Source of the DNA: Bdellovibrionales bacterium
GTDB taxonomy: Bacteria > Pseudomonadota > Alphaproteobacteria > Micavibrionales > UBA2020
Assembly (NCBI GenBank): GCA_038247245.1
Contig: JBBRVE010000003.1
Span: 20,276-84,275, forward strand
DNA: 64,000 nt
Reading direction: 5' to 3'
A program made the position numbers and the translations under genes. Under the pieces are notes generated by a model. It saw nothing but the letters and a program-made list of their open reading frames with translations, was not told the origin of the DNA and made no database searches. The stretch's first letter is position 1. Each line of letters begins with the position of its first letter. This document shows, piece by piece, positions 27,736 to 36,738 of the stretch.

Positions 27736-28200
27736 TCACATATCGCGCATCGGCGATTGCCAGCCGTGCTTGAGGTACTCCGCCACTTTTTCGACGTTCA
27801 ATGGCTTGCGGAGCACACCATCGGCGCGCAGGTCAAGCGCGCGGCGGATACTTTCGTAATTCAGTTCGCCCGACAATATCACAACGGGAATATCTTCCAG
27901 AAACTGGTCAGCCTTCAATCGCTCCAGCAGCGCGAGCCCGTTCATGCGTGGCAGGTTGATATCGATGATGATGATGGTCGGCGTCAGGCAGGTGACGCTA
28001 TGGTCTTCGAAACCCTGTTCGCGCATGTATTTAACCAGATCCTCCCCATCGGCGAAGCAGGTGACTTCCTTCACATAGCCGCTGTTTTCAAGCGTTGTCT
28101 TGCTGAAAATGCGGTCATCTTCTTCATCTTCGACCAGCAATACGCGACAGTGGCGTGGGGGCGCAGTGGTTTCGCCGGCCATTTGATCTTTATACTGCAT
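27736..28200 (-). CDS. Single-domain response regulator (receiver only)
   Basis: RVLLVEDEEDDRIF, IIIIDINLPRMNG and VVILSG...LRKP. There is no output domain. Confidence 0.88.
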   Translation of the reverse strand: MQYKDQMAGETTAPPRHCRVLLVEDEEDDRIFSKTTLENSGYVKEVTCFADGEDLVKYMREQGFEDHSVTCLTPTIIIIDINLPRMNGLALLERLKADQFLEDIPVVILSGELNYESIRRALDLRADGVLRKPLNVEKVAEYLKHGWQSPMRDM

Positions 28201-28705
28201 CCCTGTTCTCCTTTAAAAAATTTATCTCGTGCGTCGCAGCGGTATCGTCACCCCTGCCGTGCAGCGCGTCTATGATATTGCGGCGGGATACCGGTTTTTG
28301 CAGGAAGGCCTGCGCGCCCGCTGCCAGTGCCGCCCGCATTTTGGCGGCGTCCTGCGTGCCGGACACCACGATAACGGGAATGGCGGAAAATTTCTCTGAC
28401 GCGCGCAGAAACTCCAGCACACGGATGCCATCTATGCCCGTCATGTGCAGATCCAGCAAGATCATCCGGGGCATATCCTGTGGGCGCGGATGATCGCGGA
28501 GGTAGTCAATAAGTCCATTGCCGGTGAAAAAAGTAATAACCGGCGTTTCCCCGAACAGGAAGCCAAGTTCATGGCGCAGGAATTCCTTGTCATCAAGATT
28601 GTCGTCGACTACAACAACGGGTTTCGCAGCGTGGTCGATGATTGATGTGGCTCCCGCGACCTTCGGCATAATACTTTCGAAGGGTCGCATAACTTCTATC
28701 CTCAC
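28190..28705 (-). CDS. Single-domain response regulator (receiver only)
   Basis: VVVVDDNLDDKEFL, MILLDLHMTGIDG and VIVVSG...LQKP. It overlaps the downstream receiver gene by 11 nt. The start codon is uncertain because there are several in-frame Met codons. Confidence 0.85.
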   Translation of the reverse strand: MRIEVMRPFESIMPKVAGATSIIDHAAKPVVVVDDNLDDKEFLRHELGFLFGETPVITFFTGNGLIDYLRDHPRPQDMPRMILLDLHMTGIDGIRVLEFLRASEKFSAIPVIVVSGTQDAAKMRAALAAGAQAFLQKPVSRRNIIDALHGRGDDTAATHEINFLKENRDAV

Positions 28706-28945
28706 TGCGCAGTCAAAACACCGGTCATGAAAATATGCACGTTATATACAGGTTCAGTTTATCACGGGTGCGGTTAACATCCCTTGAACTAACCAATGCA
28801 TGATATTCAAATACAGCGCAAAATTTATCAAAATTGACAGATCGTTGCGTATTTCGTGTAGCCACGGAACTTTTGACGCACCTGATTGTTTGCCACAGTA
28901 AGCGGTGTATTCATTTTATAAGCTATTGTGATAAGGGTATAAATC

Positions 28946-29704
28946 ATGACGATTTTCCAGTCTGCGATCAGTGAAGGCGGCGGATTTCCGGCGTATCCCG
29001 ATAACGCCGATGCGCTGCGCGCGCTGCAAGAATCAAATCAGGCATTGTCGGGTTTTGCGCATGCCTTATCGCATGACCTGAAGGGCCCGCTTCGCCATAT
29101 CGCTACCTATAGCCAGATGCTGAATGACATCTACGGCGCGCAACTGGGCGAGCAGGGGCAGAAATTCACCGCGCGGATTGTTGTCAATTCCAACCGCGCC
29201 GTCCGGCTCCTCGAAGATTTACTGGCCTATGCGGAGGCGAAGGAAACGCCCGAGGAAAAAACACCTGTTAATCTTAATAAAACACTCGTTGAAATTATCG
29301 ATACCTTGCAGGACACGGTCTATGAAACGGGCGCGGTCGTGAGCTCATCCGACCTGCCGATCATCACAGCCTTTCCCACGCGCCTGCGGCAGTTGCTGCA
29401 AAACCTGATTTTGAATGCGCTCACCTATAAATCGCGCTCTGCGCCTGTCATTAGCATCACGGCAACCGAGCTTGAAAGCGAATATCTGTTTTCGGTGCAG
29501 GATAATGGTCCCGGCATCGATCCGCAGTATCAGGCGCAGGTGTTTGAACCGTTCCAGCGGCTGCATTCGCGTGATGATATAGAAGGTTCCGGCCTTGGTC
29601 TTGCCATCTGCCGCCGCATCATCGACCTGCATGGCGGCAAATTGTGGGTGGAATCGGAAGGCGGTTCAGGCGCGACGTTCTTCTTTACGCTGCCGAAACA
29701 GTGA
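28946..29704 (+). CDS. Cytoplasmic histidine kinase core without a sensor domain
   Basis: The H-box FAHALSHDLKGPLRHI begins about 35 aa from the N-terminus. The N box is LLQNLILNALTY, with G boxes DNGPGID and GSGLGLAICRR. Confidence 0.88.
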   Translation: MTIFQSAISEGGGFPAYPDNADALRALQESNQALSGFAHALSHDLKGPLRHIATYSQMLNDIYGAQLGEQGQKFTARIVVNSNRAVRLLEDLLAYAEAKETPEEKTPVNLNKTLVEIIDTLQDTVYETGAVVSSSDLPIITAFPTRLRQLLQNLILNALTYKSRSAPVISITATELESEYLFSVQDNGPGIDPQYQAQVFEPFQRLHSRDDIEGSGLGLAICRRIIDLHGGKLWVESEGGSGATFFFTLPKQ

Positions 29705-30884
29705 CCGTCGCGCGTGTCGGTCCACGGCTTTCCAGCAATGTCTTCGCGCCGGTGCGTTTTTTCAGCAGTTCCAGGTATCCCCCCATGCGCCCGGTCGTGA
29801 TGCTGCCACGGTCGGCATAAGTCACCAGTTCGTCCATCTGGTCAATGCAGGTGACGGCAAGTGCGGGGTTAACATTGATGCTGCCCGCCGCGTCGGACAA
29901 ATCGTCGCGTATGAATGACGCCAGCGTCTCGACCTCCAGCAACGCGTAGCGCAGGTTGCCCTGCCAGTCGTTCAGGACGTTTGTATTGTCATTGATGCCC
30001 GCTGCGGGGGGCTCTTTTTCTTCGTTTTCCAGCGGCCCTGCGCCGTGGCGGGTCAGGTAGGCGCGGGTGGCGTAGGTGACGTTCAGGTCTCCGATGCCGC
30101 CATCCTGCGCCAGCGCCATGACGTTTTTCAGGCCGGTATTGGAACGTGTCACATGAGGAAAAATCCCGCGCGTCTGGTCGAGCATCAGCCCCTGCGCGCC
30201 TTCGAACACGATGCGTTTTTGTGTATCGGCAAGAAATGATGCGCCCGCCTGCCGCGTCGTGTGCAGAAAAAATGCCGTGTCCTCGATAAATTTTCCCACG
30301 ATGCCGGCCGATGCGACCCGTTCCTGCCATTTTTCGGGCAGGGTGGTAAACCCCAGCGCGGCGAGGCGTTGTGGCAGCCATTCTTTTTGTATCAAGCCCA
30401 GCTTGGCGCGCAACGCTGCCGTATCAGCAAGCTCGCCATAAAAAAGGGCGAGGGGCGCGTGCTGGCATCGCTCGATCGTTTCGCCGAAACCCATGCCGCA
30501 GCTGCCGTGGCGGCCATTGCCGCGCATGTCTTCCGCGATCTGGTTGATCATCATGTCATAGGGCGTGGTCACGATGGATGCTGCATCGACATGGATTTGC
30601 GGCACGCTGCATTTGGGTGACAGCACATCCCATTCCTTGCGGAACAACAGCGGGTTGCAGACGAAATAACGGCTGAGAAATGTTTCCGCGCCGGCAAAAC
30701 TGCCGCTGCCGATATGGCTGAACACATGGCGTTTGTTATCGGGCGTGACGACGGTATGCCCCGCCTGCGCGCCGCCGTTGAATCGCACGACGACGGCATC
30801 CGATTTTGCGGCATAATAATCGGTCATCAGGCCCTTGCCTTCATCCCCGAAATTCGCGCCGATCACGACATCTGCTGTTTTCAT
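29685..30884 (-). CDS. Adenylosuccinate-synthetase-family protein (divergent PurA paralog)
   Basis: Conserved motifs are GANFGDEGKG, GGAQAGHT, FEGAQGLMLD, PHVTRSNT, YLTRHGAGP and SRGPTR. The PurA aspartate loop (TTGRxRRxGW) is replaced by NDWQGNLRYALLE, and TKLD reads TCID. Confidence 0.85.
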   Translation of the reverse strand: MKTADVVIGANFGDEGKGLMTDYYAAKSDAVVVRFNGGAQAGHTVVTPDNKRHVFSHIGSGSFAGAETFLSRYFVCNPLLFRKEWDVLSPKCSVPQIHVDAASIVTTPYDMMINQIAEDMRGNGRHGSCGMGFGETIERCQHAPLALFYGELADTAALRAKLGLIQKEWLPQRLAALGFTTLPEKWQERVASAGIVGKFIEDTAFFLHTTRQAGASFLADTQKRIVFEGAQGLMLDQTRGIFPHVTRSNTGLKNVMALAQDGGIGDLNVTYATRAYLTRHGAGPLENEEKEPPAAGINDNTNVLNDWQGNLRYALLEVETLASFIRDDLSDAAGSINVNPALAVTCIDQMDELVTYADRGSITTGRMGGYLELLKKRTGAKTLLESRGPTRATVTVSAA

Positions 30885-30973
30885 CCTGCCCCATATTTTC
30901 CGGCATTAAAGCAAATCCCGCCTGCGGTATCAAGCAGGCGGGATTGCCGTGTAAGTGTATCTGTAACTGCGCC

Positions 30974-31918
30974 TTAGGGTTTCAGCTTGAGTTTCAGGCT
31001 CTTCGGCGGCAGGGGGAAGGCGTTGTTGTTGGCGACGCCCGGTTTCATGTGCGAAATCGCGTCCTCCACCACTTTCGCAGTGGGGCCTTGCCAGCTTTTC
31101 ACCACATCGGCGGGTTCCTTGCCGTTGTGGACTTCCAGCACCGATACCAGCACTTCGGAAAGCTTGTTATAGTCCTTCAGCGAAATGATGTGGTCAGCGG
31201 GCAGCACCTTGTTCCAGCTGGCATAGACTTCTTTCTTGTGGCTCAGGGCGTGGTTGCCCTGTTCGACGACCACATGATAGACGTCGTATTTCGCCGACAC
31301 CATTTTCAGCAGGTCTTTCGTGCTGATATCCGCAGGCACATCGTCGCCCAGGAATTTCTTGATATGGCGCGCCTCCAGAACAGACGGGCATTCTTCGTCG
31401 CCGAAGGTGAAGATGATGCCTTTTTTGCCGCGTTTCACGCTATCGATATCGGTCTTGGTCGCCGCGAAATACCAGGGCAGGTTATAGCTTTCAAAGCTGT
31501 TGCCTCCGCCGCCTTTTTCTAAATAGATGTCTTTCAGCTGCTCCGCGATGCGGATATCGGCCTCGAACTGCGAGGCCTGCAGCGGTGCGCGGTCGTAATA
31601 CACGTCGCCCACGCCCATCACCATGATATGGGGATCGGACACCGGCTGTCGGTCGAGGATCGCCTCGACCAGCGTACCGAGGCCTTCGCGCGCCATGCGG
31701 TCGGCGATAACGCCCATCGAGCCCGTGACGTCGAGCGCGAGGATGATCGGGGTCGAATTCGGGTTTTTGACGGAATCGCGCGATTCACGGACAGTGACGC
31801 CGCGCGGATCCATCGATTGCTTGATGCTGGATTGGTTGAAAATCTGGCTGGTGCTTTTGCCCTTGGTGCTGGTGGCATGCTTGTCCCAGTCGTTATTGTC
31901 CCATCTGCCGTATCCCAT
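30974..31918 (-). CDS. von Willebrand factor A (vWA) domain protein
   Basis: MIDAS-like ILALDVTGSMG, later FTFGDEE, and an alternating beta/alpha pattern. It lies 89 nt upstream of the PurA paralog on the same strand. Confidence 0.7.
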   Translation of the reverse strand: MGYGRWDNNDWDKHATSTKGKSTSQIFNQSSIKQSMDPRGVTVRESRDSVKNPNSTPIILALDVTGSMGVIADRMAREGLGTLVEAILDRQPVSDPHIMVMGVGDVYYDRAPLQASQFEADIRIAEQLKDIYLEKGGGGNSFESYNLPWYFAATKTDIDSVKRGKKGIIFTFGDEECPSVLEARHIKKFLGDDVPADISTKDLLKMVSAKYDVYHVVVEQGNHALSHKKEVYASWNKVLPADHIISLKDYNKLSEVLVSVLEVHNGKEPADVVKSWQGPTAKVVEDAISHMKPGVANNNAFPLPPKSLKLKLKP

Positions 31919-32104
31919 CGTATGGCCTCCTCGAAGTTGAGAGCTTTATATGCTCATTGTGATGATTTTTTATTCTCTTATAGAGCATAAGTTATACGCG
32001 TAGAGAGCATAAGTCAATACGCAGAAAATACGCGCTAAACAAGGGTTTGGGCGGGTTTTAAAAATGGGAAACGCCAGCAAAAGCAGAATCGGGGGGCGAT
32101 TACA

Positions 32105-32758
32105 TCACCGAGTCGGCGGCTGCAGCTTGATTCCGGCGTCGTTCAGCGCGTTCTGCGCGATGCGGCGTGACCCCCGGGTGGTGTAATGCAGGTTATCCTG
32201 TGACCGCTCATCGGCCGGCACGCGGCCCTCGACCGGCGACCATGCGATGTTTTGTGCGGCGGCGGATTTGGAAACGGCATCATTCACGCGGTGCATGGTG
32301 GCAATCCATTTTTCAAAGAAGCCTTCATCCGCCCAATGCGACACGCCGCCCGGCACGGGACCGGTATAAGGCGCAGGTGGCGCGGCATGGCCGAGGATGA
32401 CAGGCGTTGCGCCGTCGTCCTGCACCTTTTTCGCCATGGCGATGATGCGGCTGGCGTAATTGTCGATGGTCTGCTGCGGCTGGCCGATCATGCCTTCGAT
32501 ATCATTGCCGCTCATGCTCATGATGACGGCGGCACCCTGCGGCACATTTTCCAGCGGCAGGGCGGGAATGACGTTATCAAGCCCCGCGCCGTTGCGACCA
32601 AGATTGACGACGCGGTTGAACACATTTTTCAGGTTGATGCCGATAAAATTCGCGATTGAATCGCCCCATGTGACGACCGTCACATTATCAATACCGCGCG
32701 TCGCGTTCAGGTCCGGCGTGGCGGAGGCTTTGAAATCGGGGTTGATTTTATTTTCCAT
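32105..32758 (-). CDS. SGNH/GDSL-family hydrolase
   Basis: Block I VVTWGDSIA, block II LGRNGAG, block III MSMSGNDI, block V DNLHYT. Confidence 0.8.
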   Translation of the reverse strand: MENKINPDFKASATPDLNATRGIDNVTVVTWGDSIANFIGINLKNVFNRVVNLGRNGAGLDNVIPALPLENVPQGAAVIMSMSGNDIEGMIGQPQQTIDNYASRIIAMAKKVQDDGATPVILGHAAPPAPYTGPVPGGVSHWADEGFFEKWIATMHRVNDAVSKSAAAQNIAWSPVEGRVPADERSQDNLHYTTRGSRRIAQNALNDAGIKLQPPTR

Positions 32759-32760
32759 GA

Positions 32761-32988
32761 TTACCGCCGTATCGCTGCGTCATGCGGTGAGCCGATAAAA
32801 CCGGGAACGTCATTTGTGCCGATGCTCATCAGCACAACAGCGTCAGGCGGAATATGCGGCAACGGCTGCGGAATATTGGCAATGGCAAGCCCCCACCCGC
32901 CGCCGCCGGTCGATAACAGCAACAGGGCACCCGGCAGCACTGTGGCCGCTGCATGCGTAAACGATGCGGATAGGGCATTTTTGCTCAT
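32761..32988 (-). CDS. 75-aa ORF, possible truncated SGNH paralog with a signal-like N-terminus
   Basis: The hydrophobic N-terminus is AAATVLPGALLLLSTGG. AVVLMSIGTNDV resembles block III of the downstream SGNH gene (AAVIMSMSGNDI). No GDS block is present. The ORF ends 2 nt before the next start. Confidence 0.35.
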   Translation of the reverse strand: MSKNALSASFTHAAATVLPGALLLLSTGGGGWGLAIANIPQPLPHIPPDAVVLMSIGTNDVPGFIGSPHDAAIRR

Positions 32989-33050
32989 GACAGATTATAC
33001 CAAAGACATGCCATAAAATAATTAATAGCTATCTAGGGTACTGTAAACGC

Positions 33051-35174
33051 TTATTTTTCCAGCATTGTCTTGGCAATACGTTCCACTTCGCGCGTCTCGC
33101 GGGCCAGGGCGTCGTCGAGGTGTTCAAACAGACCGTCGAGGCGTTTTGCCTCGTTCTTCAACCCGTCCGCCTCGATCTGCGCGGCAAGGGCGCTTGTTTC
33201 ATAGAGGCCGATCAGCCCCGTGATGCTTTTCAGGTCATGCGCGGCGTCCGACATTTTATCGAGTTTACCTTTTTGCATTTCGGCCTCGACCACGTCCAGC
33301 AGCCGTTCCGCTTCCTTGACGTTCGATGCCACCATGCTGCGCATGTAATCAAGCCCCATGCCGTCGCGCAACATGGTCAGCGTTTCGCGCATCGATTTTT
33401 TATGTTCCTGCGGTGCCTTGGCGGTATCGCCCTTGGCTGTCCCTGCGACAAGCGCGACCGCGTCATACAGGCTTTTCGGCGAAAACGGTTTCGGCACATG
33501 CGCGATCATGCCCGCGTCGTAACATTTTCGCACGAAATCTTCCATGATATTTGCAGTCAGGCCGATGATGGGCAGCGTTTCCAGCTTGCCGCCCAGCTCG
33601 CGGATGGCGCGGGTGGTATCCAGGCCATTGCGGCCCGGCATGTTGACGTCCATGAACACCATGTTGAAATCGGTTTCCTGCACGGCCTTGATCGCATCAT
33701 CGCCATTGCCGACGGCGGTCACGATATGCCCCTTTTGCGTCAGCATTTTCACGACGATGCGCTGGCTGACGGCATTATCCTCGACGACCAGAATATTTTG
33801 CGGCGGTGAATCGGGGCCGGTATGGTCGGCATCGGCATCTGCTTCGCCCGCAACGGGGGCGACATAGGGAAGATCGACAAAGAACGTGCTGCCCTTGCCT
33901 TCCTCGCTCGTGGCGCCGATCTTGCCGCCCATTAATTCCACCAGTTTCTTGGCAATCGACAGGCCAAGGCCGGAGCCACCGTAGCGGCGCGCAATCGAAT
34001 TATCGGCCTGCGAAAACGCGCTGAACAGCTTCGTCATGTTTTCTTTGCTGATGCCGATGCCGCTATCCTGTACCTCGATGCGTAATGCCGGTTGCTTGCC
34101 GTCGGTGCAGGCGGCACGCAGCACAACCTCGCCCTTTTCGGTGAACTTGACCGCGTTATTCAGCAGGTTGACGATGACCTGCTGCAACCGGTGCGGGTCG
34201 CCGCGCATCCGTTTCGGCACATTATCGGCAAGGGCGAGGTTCAGCCTCAGCCCCTTGTCCTCTGCCGTCTGGCGCATCACGCGGCCGGAATTGGTCAGCA
34301 TATTGTGCAAATCAAAATTGACCGCGCTGATATCCAGCTTGCCACTTTCCACCTTGGAAAAATCCAGCACGTCGTTCAGGGTGTTCAGCAATGTTTTCGA
34401 ACAATCGCTGATCGTGCCGACGAAATCTTTCTGCTCCGCGTTCAGCGGCGTGTCCTTTAAAAAGTCGACCATCCCGAAAATGCCTGTCATCGGCGTGCGG
34501 ATTTCATGGGACATGAGGGCGAGGAAGCTGGATTTTGCGCGGTTCGCATCATCCGCACGGCGCGCGTTCAGGCTCGCCTGCCGCTTGCTTTCGATCAATT
34601 GCAGCGTTGATGCCAGCATCTTGCGCCCGATCGACAGCACATAAATGCAGAAAAACAAAACCGCAGGTCCCGCATAGCGCGTTTCCTGCACATGCCAGTT
34701 CAGGTAAACGACCGTGCCCACCATCAATGCGGGGATGGCGATATCGAATGTCAGCAGGAACGGCACGGGCGCGCTGGACGACCCGTACGTCGCCACCACG
34801 CAGATGACAAAGATATAGCCCAGCAGATCGTCGTAAAAATATTCCCCCTGCAACGGCCAGAACAGCAGCAGCAGCCAAGGCACAAGGTACATCAGCTTGG
34901 TAAAGCAGATCGAAAAGATATAGCCGCGCATTTCGGAATCGCGGAATTTCGTTTCCAGTATTTCGCGGTACATCGAATGCTGCCGCAGGAAAGCCATTGC
35001 GCAGAATACCAGTACGCCGATTTCGGTCATGATGCCGTTCGCATCCGCAGGCGGCGGGTACATTTTGTATTTCGCGACCAGAAACATGCCCGCCATCAGG
35101 AAATTATTGAACAGCGACCCGCGATGGTTGCGGGCATACATCATCAACTGTTCTTTGCTGAGTGGTTCAGCCAA
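33051..35174 (-). CDS. Polytopic hybrid sensor histidine kinase (TM sensor - HisKA - HATPase - REC - HPt)
   Basis: About 190 aa of closely spaced hydrophobic helices with no sizeable loop. The H-box is LALMSHEIRTPMTGI, with NLLNNAVKFT, DSGIGI and GGSGLGLSI. The receiver has ILVVEDNAVSQ...FMDVNMPGRNG. The C-terminal HPt has AAHDLKSITGLIG. Confidence 0.9.
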   Translation of the reverse strand: MAEPLSKEQLMMYARNHRGSLFNNFLMAGMFLVAKYKMYPPPADANGIMTEIGVLVFCAMAFLRQHSMYREILETKFRDSEMRGYIFSICFTKLMYLVPWLLLLFWPLQGEYFYDDLLGYIFVICVVATYGSSSAPVPFLLTFDIAIPALMVGTVVYLNWHVQETRYAGPAVLFFCIYVLSIGRKMLASTLQLIESKRQASLNARRADDANRAKSSFLALMSHEIRTPMTGIFGMVDFLKDTPLNAEQKDFVGTISDCSKTLLNTLNDVLDFSKVESGKLDISAVNFDLHNMLTNSGRVMRQTAEDKGLRLNLALADNVPKRMRGDPHRLQQVIVNLLNNAVKFTEKGEVVLRAACTDGKQPALRIEVQDSGIGISKENMTKLFSAFSQADNSIARRYGGSGLGLSIAKKLVELMGGKIGATSEEGKGSTFFVDLPYVAPVAGEADADADHTGPDSPPQNILVVEDNAVSQRIVVKMLTQKGHIVTAVGNGDDAIKAVQETDFNMVFMDVNMPGRNGLDTTRAIRELGGKLETLPIIGLTANIMEDFVRKCYDAGMIAHVPKPFSPKSLYDAVALVAGTAKGDTAKAPQEHKKSMRETLTMLRDGMGLDYMRSMVASNVKEAERLLDVVEAEMQKGKLDKMSDAAHDLKSITGLIGLYETSALAAQIEADGLKNEAKRLDGLFEHLDDALARETREVERIAKTMLEK

Positions 35175-35847
35175 AGACGTAACCCGTATTTGCGTTGCGG
35201 ATCAGCGCGGGCGCCGCCGCATCATGTTCGATCTTCTTGCGCAGCTGGCCGATCTGCCATTCGACGGCCTTGGCATCCACCTTGCCTTGCGATTGCCAGC
35301 AATAGGGAGCAAGGGTATCGACATCCAGCGGTTTGCCCGCATGGCCGGCAAACATTTTCAGCAATTCGGTGTCGCGCAGGCTCAGGGGGATTTCCTTAGC
35401 CTCGCGCTGCGCCAGCAGGCGGGCGGGGTAGACGCGCAGGTCGCCGAAATCGAAATAATCGGACAATGCCGGCGAATTGCGGCGGGCGAGACAGGATTGC
35501 GCGGTCTTGTGCATCAGCGCGGTGATGCCCATCAAATCAAACGGCTTCACGATATATTCGGTCGCGCCCGCAGCCATGCCTTCGCTGATATCGGCGGCGC
35601 GGGATTTCGATGTGATCAGCAGCACGGGCATATCGGCATCCACATTGCGGATCTGGCGGCAGATTTCATAGCCCGACATATCATCGAGCAGCACATCGAG
35701 GCAGGCGATGTCCGGCCTCACATCCGCAAATTTTTTCAGCGCATCTGCGCCCCCCGTTGCCGTATGCACCTCGAACCCCTCTTTTTCGAGAAGGTGGGAG
35801 AGCAGCTTGAGCAATTCGGCATTGTTTTCGACGGCGAGGACTTTCAT
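35167..35847 (-). CDS. OmpR/PhoB-type response regulator (receiver + winged helix)
   Basis: MKVLAVENNAELL, IACLDVLLDDMSG, LLITSK and VKPF, then a C-terminal winged-helix-like FGDLRVYPARLL...LSLRDTELLKMF...VEWQIGQLRKKI. The start was chosen at the Met opening the receiver; the track ORF extends to 35919. It overlaps the kinase gene by 8 nt. Confidence 0.8.
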   Translation of the reverse strand: MKVLAVENNAELLKLLSHLLEKEGFEVHTATGGADALKKFADVRPDIACLDVLLDDMSGYEICRQIRNVDADMPVLLITSKSRAADISEGMAAGATEYIVKPFDLMGITALMHKTAQSCLARRNSPALSDYFDFGDLRVYPARLLAQREAKEIPLSLRDTELLKMFAGHAGKPLDVDTLAPYCWQSQGKVDAKAVEWQIGQLRKKIEHDAAAPALIRNANTGYVFG

Positions 35848-36054
35848 AGACCAATGATGGCAAAGCGGGGCGAATTGGTCGAGGAAAAACGAATAATCTG
35901 TTGTTTTTATTTGAAACATCTCGGGAACGGATGTTCCGGAATATCGTGTAAATGAAATATAATTGTCGTATTTGCTAAAGTTTCCTATGGAAAATGGAGT
36001 TTAAAACCGGCTATAGTTTCCAAAATTAAAAACGAGTCCATTTTCAGGTGTGTC

Positions 36055-36738
36055 ATGACTAAAACGCTGCAGAAGCCGAAGGCCGATGGCCGTCTGACGA
36101 ATATCAGCAACGATTGCTTTGCCGCGATGCAATCCAAAATGTCCCTCGCCATGACGAACGCCTATCACCGCGAAGAAATGGCGGCGATCCGCCGCATCCT
36201 GGACGACATCACGGAATCCGATGGCGGGATTGAACATGTGGTGGCGATTGGCAGCGGCGATTTGCGCTACCTCGACGTGGCGCACGACTTCCGCAAATCC
36301 TATACCGCAATTGAACCCAGCCTTGCGACCGAATTATCACAGGCGGAAACCGCCGAACTGCGCAACCGTTTCGATATCGGCATCGTCGCGAAGAAGCTGG
36401 AGGATGTGACGCAGGCCGATCTGCCGCAGGGCCGCAGGCTGTTTTTCTTCCTGTTCAACGTGTTCCCCTATATCCCGGATGCGCTGGAGCTGCAAAAAAA
36501 TCTCGTCCGCCCCGGCGATGTTGTTGTGGTATCGGGCTGGAACAATGACAGCTTCGAGGCGCGCCGGTTGCAGGATATCTATTACGAACACCTCGGCCGC
36601 GAATTCAAATGCGACCTCGCAGCCAGCGTCACGAACGGCTATATCGATGGTGTGGAAAAACAAGCGCAGCAATTCGCCAGCACCGCCAGCCGCGTCAAGG
36701 GCCGCACGACCGATATCCTGACGCTGAAGGTGAAATGA
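36055..36738 (+). CDS. Hypothetical protein, possibly a class I SAM-methyltransferase-like fold
   Basis: HVVAIGSGDLRYLDV (GxGxG-like motif I), YTAIEPS (acidic motif II) and LVRPGDVVVVSG. This is a weak, by-eye assignment. The stop overlaps the next start (ATGA). Confidence 0.4.
   Translation: MTKTLQKPKADGRLTNISNDCFAAMQSKMSLAMTNAYHREEMAAIRRILDDITESDGGIEHVVAIGSGDLRYLDVAHDFRKSYTAIEPSLATELSQAETAELRNRFDIGIVAKKLEDVTQADLPQGRRLFFFLFNVFPYIPDALELQKNLVRPGDVVVVSGWNNDSFEARRLQDIYYEHLGREFKCDLAASVTNGYIDGVEKQAQQFASTASRVKGRTTDILTLKVK

Noticed and set aside
29685-31918. The idea that the PurA paralog is a phage PurZ (2-aminoadenine pathway) or part of a prophage or defence island.
   Set aside because: There are no phage structural, integrase, DatZ/MazZ-like or polymerase genes nearby. 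Composition is not obviously different from the flanks. The catalytic-loop changes I can see do not by themselves identify PurZ. I report it only as a divergent PurA-family enzyme.
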